Shown here in pieces: positions 36,917 through 43,141 of a DNA stretch of 43,141 bases. Source of the DNA: Flavobacteriales bacterium (GTDB lineage Bacteria; Bacteroidota; Bacteroidia; Flavobacteriales_F; PHOS-HE28); assembly GCA_016788405.1 (NCBI GenBank), contig JAEUSX010000097.1:1-43141 (forward strand). Reading direction: 5' to 3'. The notes below the pieces were generated by a model. The model saw only the letters and a program-made list of their open reading frames with translations. It was not told the DNA's origin and ran no database searches. The position numbers and the translations under genes were made by a program. Every line of letters starts with the position of its first letter. The stretch's first letter is position 1.

Positions 36917-37552
36917 ATGCAGGTCGCTCATCCCGGTCGGAAGCGTCGCTGGGCCATCCGGATCTCGGCCTGCGCGCTGACCCTGCTCGCGGTATGGCTG
37001 TTGCGCCATCCGTTGCTAAGCGCGGTCGGGGACTTCTTGATCCAGGAAGATGCGCTTGCGCGAGCCGATGCGATCATCGTGCTGGGAGGCGCACCCACGG
37101 AACGCGGCCCTGTGGGCGCCCAACTGCTGCGTGAAGGCTGGGCCCCGCTGATGATCTGCACGGGTGAGCGCGTGAACGAAGTGCTCGCGTTGCATGGGAT
37201 CACGCGGACGGAGGCGGCCCTGAGCCTCGATGCGGCGCGGCTCGACAGCGCGGATGTCAGGAAGGCGCAACTGCTTGAGGTCGGAACGAGCACGCAGGAA
37301 GAGGCCGAGGCGGTACGCGATTTCGCCGTTGAGAACAGCTTCGAGCGGATCATCATCGTCACCACCGAGTTCCACACGCGCAGGGCGGGCCGCGTGTTCC
37401 GCAAGGCCCTGGAGCCTGCGGGCATCGCCGTGATCATGCGCGCCGCTCCCGGCACCGACTACATGGCGGAGCGCTGGTGGGCCACCGAGGCCGGCCTCAT
37501 CATGGTGAACAATGAGTGGATGAAGACGCTCTACTACGCCGTGAAGCACTGA
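36917..37552 (+). CDS. DUF218 (YdcF/ElyC/SanA-like) family protein
   Basis: N-terminal TM helix, then ADAIIVLGG...ICTGE...STQEEAEAVRDF...IIIVTTEFHTRRA, the classic DUF218 pattern. It starts 2 nt after the previous stop. Confidence 0.8.
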   Translation: MQVAHPGRKRRWAIRISACALTLLAVWLLRHPLLSAVGDFLIQEDALARADAIIVLGGAPTERGPVGAQLLREGWAPLMICTGERVNEVLALHGITRTEAALSLDAARLDSADVRKAQLLEVGTSTQEEAEAVRDFAVENSFERIIIVTTEFHTRRAGRVFRKALEPAGIAVIMRAAPGTDYMAERWWATEAGLIMVNNEWMKTLYYAVKH

Positions 37553-37561
37553 GCGCTTCCC

Positions 37562-39781
37562 CTACCGCTGCACCACGAATCGCTTCACCACGCGGCCGCT
37601 GGCAGTCTCTGCCTCGAGCAGATAGGCGCCGATGGCCAGACGCCGCGCATCGATGCTCGTGGTATTCGATCCGGGGCGTTCCTCCAGCAGTACCCTTCCG
37701 CACGCGTCACGCACCAGCACCCTTCGAAGGGCCTCTGGCGCCTGCAGCCACAGTGTTTCGTTCGCGGGGTTGGGGTACACGGCGAGATCGATGGGCTCCG
37801 ACTCGCTCACGCCGACGCCTTCGAGGCAGAAGGTCTGCACATCCTGCTCCCCGTACTGGCCGTCGCTCTCCACGAGCATGGTGGAATCCGGGGTCATGAT
37901 CAAGTAGCTGCCCTCGCCTTCCTCGCAGCAGATGCCATCGCCGAAGGCATCGTTGATGGTGAACACGTAGCATCCATTCGTCAGGCAGAACGGCACGTTG
38001 ATGACCAGCCCTTCTTCCATGTCCTCATAAGGGCCGCCTGTGTACAGCACGGGGCCCTGGTCGGCGGCGAGCTCCCAAGTCACATCCGTTCCATAGTTGT
38101 CCAGCGTGATGCTCAATTGCACGCTTCCGGCCGGATTGCTCACCGTGAATGTGTAGATCCAGATGTCGTTCACCGGAACCTGGTCCGCCTGCGCGTTCGG
38201 GAAGCTCACGGTCACCTCCAGCGTCTGTGTTCCGCTCGTCACGGGAATGGGTGGCAGGGGCACGTTCACGGTCTGCAGCACTTCCAGCGAACCGGTCCAG
38301 CTGAACACATAGGGTGTGCCTCCCGCCAGGCCGTAGGTGATCACCGCGCTGGTCATCACCGCCGTGCAATTGTTCTTCAGCGTCACGATGGGCGAGATCA
38401 TCGTGTCGCCGCAAAGGAGTTCCGGGATGTTCACGATGCTGGTGATCGCCGCATCGTAGTCGATGGGGATGACCACGTCGCCCAGGCCGCTGAGGCTGTC
38501 GCCGCAACTGCCGAGGTACTGTTCGAGGAAGGGCCAGCTGAGGTCGAGCCGTCCATAATAGTCATTGACGCTGTTGTCGCAATTGGCCGCTCCGCCATAG
38601 AGCTGTCCGATCACGTGCTTGTTCTGGTTGAAGAGCGCGCTGCCGCTGCTGCCGGGCTCGGTGGTGCCAGCGCTCCAGACGCCCACTTGCCAGCAATCGG
38701 CGGCTCCGGTGCCCAGGTCGATGTTGGTCTGCGAGAAGGGTCCGGTGGACAGGCTGATCTTCTTGATGTCCCCGCTGGGGTGGTGGATGCCGCAAACGGA
38801 ATCGGGCGTGGCGCCGCTCTTGTCCCAGCCGGCATAGAACACATCGTAATCGACCGGAGGGATGGAACTCAGCTCGAGGAAGGCCATGTCGGTGCCGGAA
38901 TTGCTGGTGAGCAGCACGCATCCGCTCACCGTCTGGTCGATCGGTCCATTCTCCGTGGGGTCGCAGGTTGGGCTGTCCCAGTTGAAACGGAACACCCAAT
39001 CCTCCACATCGGGGCTAAGGCAATGGTTCGCCGTGAGGAAGTAGGGTGTGCTGTCCTGCGCGCAGTTGTTCAGCAGCGTGCCGGTGCAGAAACCGCTTCC
39101 ACCGGTCGTGATGATGGCCACGCTGCGGATCTGGTCACGCCAGTCATCGCCTTCGGGGCAGATCACGTTGATGTTGCACGGGCCGCTATCGCCCAGGTCG
39201 CGCATGTAATGGAAGGGGTCGCGGTAGGCGTGCGTCACACGGTCGATGGCCAGTCGGCCACGGCCCGAAACGCGCGCTGGTTCGTGATACTCCACAGTGA
39301 TCCGATCTCCCGGCAATTGCGTCACGCCCAACAGGCGCTGACCTGGAGCGCTGGCTCGGGTGAATGCGCCGAGGTGCTGCCCCGCTTCGTTGTACACGAA
39401 AACTCGTCCACCATCGGGGAGTTCGAAGCGCGAGAAGCGGAAATTGATGCTGAAGGCGCCCGGGCATTCGAAGCCCATGCGCCAGACCCGGTCGCCGTTG
39501 CGTAACGTGGTCCAAGTGCCATGGTCCTCACTGCGCACATCCACGGCATGGTTGAAGCCGAATCGCCAGGGGCCTTTCACGCCCATCTCGTAACGCGCTT
39601 CATCCTCAGCGATCAAGGCTGCCGCATCCACCGGAGGCAGCACCAAGCGTTCCGGCTCGGGCAAGGCCGGCCCGTGCCGAAGCAGACCGATCGGCTTCCC
39701 ACCGAAGGCGACCTGCGCATGAGCGGCGGATTGGATGAAAAGAAGCAGTGCTGGGGCGAAGACGCGTAATATCCCGTGCAT
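37562..39781 (-). CDS. Lysyl-endopeptidase-like (Achromobacter protease I family, S1) serine protease with prodomain, extra C-terminal modules and a T9SS type A tail
   Basis: Signal peptide MHGILRVFAPALLLFIQSAAHAQ. YFLTANHCL (His), GTDMAFLEL (Asp), FYAGWDKSG, IHHPSGDIKKIS, GTTEPGSSGSALF (Ser), IGQLYGG. C-terminus VYPNPANETLWL...IGAYLLEA...FVVQR. Confidence 0.87.
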   Translation of the reverse strand: MHGILRVFAPALLLFIQSAAHAQVAFGGKPIGLLRHGPALPEPERLVLPPVDAAALIAEDEARYEMGVKGPWRFGFNHAVDVRSEDHGTWTTLRNGDRVWRMGFECPGAFSINFRFSRFELPDGGRVFVYNEAGQHLGAFTRASAPGQRLLGVTQLPGDRITVEYHEPARVSGRGRLAIDRVTHAYRDPFHYMRDLGDSGPCNINVICPEGDDWRDQIRSVAIITTGGSGFCTGTLLNNCAQDSTPYFLTANHCLSPDVEDWVFRFNWDSPTCDPTENGPIDQTVSGCVLLTSNSGTDMAFLELSSIPPVDYDVFYAGWDKSGATPDSVCGIHHPSGDIKKISLSTGPFSQTNIDLGTGAADCWQVGVWSAGTTEPGSSGSALFNQNKHVIGQLYGGAANCDNSVNDYYGRLDLSWPFLEQYLGSCGDSLSGLGDVVIPIDYDAAITSIVNIPELLCGDTMISPIVTLKNNCTAVMTSAVITYGLAGGTPYVFSWTGSLEVLQTVNVPLPPIPVTSGTQTLEVTVSFPNAQADQVPVNDIWIYTFTVSNPAGSVQLSITLDNYGTDVTWELAADQGPVLYTGGPYEDMEEGLVINVPFCLTNGCYVFTINDAFGDGICCEEGEGSYLIMTPDSTMLVESDGQYGEQDVQTFCLEGVGVSESEPIDLAVYPNPANETLWLQAPEALRRVLVRDACGRVLLEERPGSNTTSIDARRLAIGAYLLEAETASGRVVKRFVVQR

Positions 39782-39825
39782 GCGTGCTGATTTGGCCGTG
39801 TGAAGATAGACGTGCCTCACAATGT

Positions 39826-39858
39826 GAAGGACCGCTGGCTCAGGTCCAGCGGTCCTTC
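39826..39858 (-). terminator. Stem-loop between the two protease genes (perfect 13-bp stem, 7-nt loop)
   Basis: GAAGGACCGCTGG (39826-39838) and CCAGCGGTCCTTC (39846-39858), 18 nt downstream of the upstream protease's stop. A TATCTTCA box (minus strand) lies between the hairpin and the next ATG. Confidence 0.65.
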
Positions 39859-39875
39859 AGATCCAAGCACGAGGA

Positions 39876-41423
39876 TCAGCGACCCAGCATCAGGCGCTCC
39901 ACGCGGTGGTAGCCCACGGCGGTGGCTTCCACGAAATAGAGGCCGGCCGGATTGCCCGAGAGGTCAAGGCTCAGGCGGCCCGCGGAAGCGGAACGCGCGA
40001 GCACTTGCTGACCCAGCGCATCGAACACCGTGATCCGGCCGCCGTTGCGCATGGCCACGGGCAAAGTGATCTGCACCAGACCACTGGTCGGGTTAGGAGC
40101 GAGGGTCATGGCGTCAGCACCGGCGGTTTCGCTCACCGAGGTATTCAGCGGGAATCCATCCAGTGTATTGCCGCAATCGCCCAGCCAGGTCTGCAGGTAT
40201 TGGTAGCTCACGTTGAAGCGCCCGAAATAGTCATTGATGTTGTTGCTGCAGGAGGCCGTACCGCCGTAAAGTTGGCCGATGAGCCTGCCGTCCTGGTTCC
40301 ACAGGCCGGATCCGCTGCTGCCCGGCTCCGTGGTGCCATCATCCCAAGCGGAAATGCGCCAAGTGGCCGCGCCTCCCCAGCTCGCCTGCGTGGCTGCGTT
40401 GTTATCGAAACTGATCTTCTTGATGTCGCCATCCGGGTGGTGGATGCAGGTGCTGGCCGTCGGCGCGGTGCCGCTCTTGTCCCAGCCGGTATAGAACACG
40501 TTGAAGCTCGGAGGCGGCGTTGTGTTTAGTTGAAGCAGGGCCACGTCGCTCGCTGCATTATTGGCCTTCAACGTGCTGCCGCTGACGGTCTGGTTGGTAG
40601 GGCCATTGGTGGTGGTGGCGCAAGTGGGGCTGTTCCAATTGAAGCGGAACACCCAGCTGTTGTTGCCTCCAAGGCAGTGGTTGGCGGTGAGGAAGTACGG
40701 CGTGCCGTCGTTGTCGCAGTTGTTGATGAGCTGGCCTGTGCACAAGCCGCTGCCGCCCACGGTGATCATGGCCACGCTGCGGATCTGCGCACGCCAGGGG
40801 TCGCCTTCCGGGCAGATCACATTGTTGTTGCACGAGCCGCTCGTTCCTAGGCCTTTGGTGGCGCCGAACAAGTCGCGGTAAGCGTGCGTCACCTGGCCGA
40901 TGCGCAGGAAGCCCTCGCCTCGAACGGCCAATGGCTCCTGGTACTCGATGATGATGCGCTCACCTGGAAGCTGGGTCACGCCCAGGATGGTGTTCCCGGG
41001 ATTGCTCTCGGCTGTGAAGGCGCCGAGCACCTCATCCATCTCATTGTACACGAACACCTGGCCGCCAGCTGGCACCAGGAAATCCGTGAACTCGAAATTG
41101 ATGCTGAAGGCCGAAGGGCATGCGATGCCGACGCGCCAGACGCGATCGCCATTGGCCAGCTCGGTCCAGAGGCCGCTATTGGCCGTGCTGATATCGGTGG
41201 CGTGGTTGAAGCCGAAACGATAGGGGCCTTTGATGCCCTGGGCCAGGCGCTGCGCATCCTCCGCCATCAAGGCATCGGCGTCCACGGCCGGCATCACGGC
41301 CACCGGTGCTTGCGGCAGGTGGCTGCTGGTAAGGCCGATCGGATGTCCACCGAAGGAGAGTTGAGCATTCGCCGGAGCGAACGCGAGTGCTGTGATGAAC
41401 AGGGCGGCGTAGCGTGGGTTCAT
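39876..41423 (-). CDS. Lysyl-endopeptidase-like serine protease, shorter paralogue, with a T9SS type A tail
   Basis: Signal peptide MNPRYAALFITALAFAPANAQ. YFLTANHCL, ASDVALLQL, FYTGWDKSG, IHHPDGDIKKIS, GTTEPGSSGSGLW, IGQLYGG. C-terminus LAPNPTSGLVQI...PAGLYFVEA...LMLGR. Confidence 0.87.
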   Translation of the reverse strand: MNPRYAALFITALAFAPANAQLSFGGHPIGLTSSHLPQAPVAVMPAVDADALMAEDAQRLAQGIKGPYRFGFNHATDISTANSGLWTELANGDRVWRVGIACPSAFSINFEFTDFLVPAGGQVFVYNEMDEVLGAFTAESNPGNTILGVTQLPGERIIIEYQEPLAVRGEGFLRIGQVTHAYRDLFGATKGLGTSGSCNNNVICPEGDPWRAQIRSVAMITVGGSGLCTGQLINNCDNDGTPYFLTANHCLGGNNSWVFRFNWNSPTCATTTNGPTNQTVSGSTLKANNAASDVALLQLNTTPPPSFNVFYTGWDKSGTAPTASTCIHHPDGDIKKISFDNNAATQASWGGAATWRISAWDDGTTEPGSSGSGLWNQDGRLIGQLYGGTASCSNNINDYFGRFNVSYQYLQTWLGDCGNTLDGFPLNTSVSETAGADAMTLAPNPTSGLVQITLPVAMRNGGRITVFDALGQQVLARSASAGRLSLDLSGNPAGLYFVEATAVGYHRVERLMLGR

Positions 41424-41553
41424 GGTCGGAGTGCGAGGGGTTGAGACGCAAAGAAAATGACGCGAACGGTTCATGGAGCCTCGCGCGGTTCACCTTCGAC
41501 GAACAGGCTGTGCACAGGTATCGGCTTGAATGGGAACCCCAAGCAGCTCCAGG

Positions 41554-43141
41554 CTAGGCGTCGGGTGGGACATTCCTAGCCCGCACCTCCATCAATTTAC
41601 GCACGGCGAACAACTCATCGCGCAACTGCGCGGCGGCGATGAAGTCGAGCTCTTTGGCGGCCTTGCGCATCTGCGCTTCCAAGAGCTCCGCGTTCTTCTC
41701 CAATTGTTCATCGGTCATGTAGCGCATCACCGGGTCGGCTGCCAGACTGAGTCCCAGGTCGGGCTCCACGTACGCCTTGGGCGGCGGGCCTTGGATGTCG
41801 AGCACGGCGGTCTGCTTCAGCACGTCCGCGCGTTCGCGCTTGATCTGCGTGGGCGTGATCCCGTGCGCCTCGTTGTACGCCATCTGTTTGGCGCGCCGGC
41901 GGTCCGTCTCATCCATCGTGCGCTGCATGCTCTCGGTCACCTTGTCGGCATAGAAGATCACGAGCCCGTTCACGTTCCGTGCGGCTCGGCCTGCGGTCTG
42001 CGTGAGCGAGCGGTTGCTGCGCAGGAAGCCTTCCTTGTCGGCATCGAGCACGGCCACGAGGCTCACCTCGGGCAGGTCCAGCCCTTCGCGCAACAGGTTC
42101 ACGCCCACCAGCACGTCGATCATGCCCAACCGCAGCTGCCGCAGGATCTCTATCCGTTCCAGCGTCTCCACATCGCTGTGGATGTACTTGCACTTCACGC
42201 CGTTCTTTTTCAGGAAATCATCGAGCTCCTCGGCCATACGCTTGGTCAACGTGGTCACCAGGACGCGCTCGTCTCGCTTCGAGCGATGGCGGATCTCATC
42301 CAGCAGGTCGTCGATCTGATCAAGGCTGCGCCTGACTTCAATGGGCGGGTCCAAAAGGCCCGTGGGTCGGACCACTTGTTCAACCACGACGCCCTCGCTG
42401 CGCGCCAATTCGTAATCGGCCGGCGTGGCGCTCACGAAGATCGCCTGGCCCATCATGTCCTCGAACTCCTCGAATTTCAGCGGCCGGTTGTCCATGGCGC
42501 TGGGCAGGCGGAAGCCGTACTCCACCAGGTTGCGTTTACGGCTCCGGTCTCCGCCGTACATGGCCTGCACCTGGCTCACGGTCACGTGGCTCTCATCCAC
42601 CACCAAGAGGAAATCGTCCGGGAAGTAGTCGATGAGGCAGAAGGGCCGTTGTCCGGTCTCGCGCCGGTCGAAGTAGCGGCTGTAGTTCTCGATCCCGCTG
42701 CAATAGCCCAGTTCGCGCATCATCTCCAGGTCGTGCTGCACCCGTTCTTCCAGCCGCTTCGCCTCCAGGTTCTTGCCGATCTCGTGGAAGAAGGCCACCT
42801 GCTTCACCATGTCCTCCTGGATGCTGGAGATCGCGGCGTTCATCGTCTCGCGGCTCGTCACGAAGATGTTGGCGGGGTAGATCGTCACCTGCTGCACCGA
42901 CTCCAGGGTTTTGTTGGTGCCAAGGTCGAAACGCTCGAGACGCTCCAGTTCATCGCCCCAGAAATGGATGCGGATGCCCTCGTCGGCATAGGCCAGGAAG
43001 ACCTCGACCACATCGCCCTTCACGCGGAAGTTGCCGCGACCGGGATCGATGTCCTTCCGGCTGTACAGGGCCGACACGAAGCGGTGCAGGAGCGCATTGC
43101 GGCTCACCTTCATGCCTTTGCTGATCTCCACAACGCTATGC
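41554..43141 (-). CDS. uvrB: Excinuclease ABC subunit B, C-terminal ~528 aa (5' end outside the window)
   Basis: VVDESHVT, helicase C motifs GLDLPEVSLVAVLDADKEGFLRS and QTAGRAARN, and a C-terminal UVR domain (FIAAAQLRDELFAV). The frame is open to the window edge. Confidence 0.97.
   Translation of the reverse strand, partial: HSVVEISKGMKVSRNALLHRFVSALYSRKDIDPGRGNFRVKGDVVEVFLAYADEGIRIHFWGDELERLERFDLGTNKTLESVQQVTIYPANIFVTSRETMNAAISSIQEDMVKQVAFFHEIGKNLEAKRLEERVQHDLEMMRELGYCSGIENYSRYFDRRETGQRPFCLIDYFPDDFLLVVDESHVTVSQVQAMYGGDRSRKRNLVEYGFRLPSAMDNRPLKFEEFEDMMGQAIFVSATPADYELARSEGVVVEQVVRPTGLLDPPIEVRRSLDQIDDLLDEIRHRSKRDERVLVTTLTKRMAEELDDFLKKNGVKCKYIHSDVETLERIEILRQLRLGMIDVLVGVNLLREGLDLPEVSLVAVLDADKEGFLRSNRSLTQTAGRAARNVNGLVIFYADKVTESMQRTMDETDRRRAKQMAYNEAHGITPTQIKRERADVLKQTAVLDIQGPPPKAYVEPDLGLSLAADPVMRYMTDEQLEKNAELLEAQMRKAAKELDFIAAAQLRDELFAVRKLMEVRARNVPPDA

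Overview
This is a 43.1-kb chromosomal segment from a high-GC Bacteroidota (Flavobacteriia-like) genome. The phylum call rests on three type A and one type B T9SS C-terminal sorting domains, TAnnTTTG-type -7 promoter boxes, and the mutL-rhomboid-rhomboid and DHH-FKBP-FKBP gene orders. I support about 41 protein-coding genes. Most are housekeeping: recA (partial), recF, ndk, mutL, guaB, fabG, uvrB (partial), asnB-like, an NrnA-like DHH phosphoesterase, FKBP isomerases, two rhomboids and a low-molecular-weight PTP. I recognised no rRNA, tRNA, CRISPR array, transposase, integrase or phage gene, and no canonical defence system. Many long ORFs in the six-frame track are antisense shadows of real genes, as expected at this GC content, and I rejected them. 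The most unusual content, in my order of interest: (1) a deoxyhypusine-synthase-like gene with the catalytic WGK lysine context intact, separated by 4 nt from a 141-aa protein whose last 70 residues include 46 Asp/Glu; (2) a tandem pair of Achromobacter-protease-I-like (lysyl endopeptidase family) serine proteases that both carry T9SS tails, one with extra C-terminal modules; (3) an orphan small lipoprotein with two CxxCH haem-c motifs; (4) an unannotated protein with a Kdo/WaaP/RIO-like kinase catalytic loop next to glycan-modification genes; (5) a -7-like promoter box placed 3-4 nt before the ATG of several genes, which suggests leaderless mRNAs; (6) a 14-bp phased repeat array upstream of an EEP-family gene. 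All functional calls come from motif recognition by eye, and no database search was possible.
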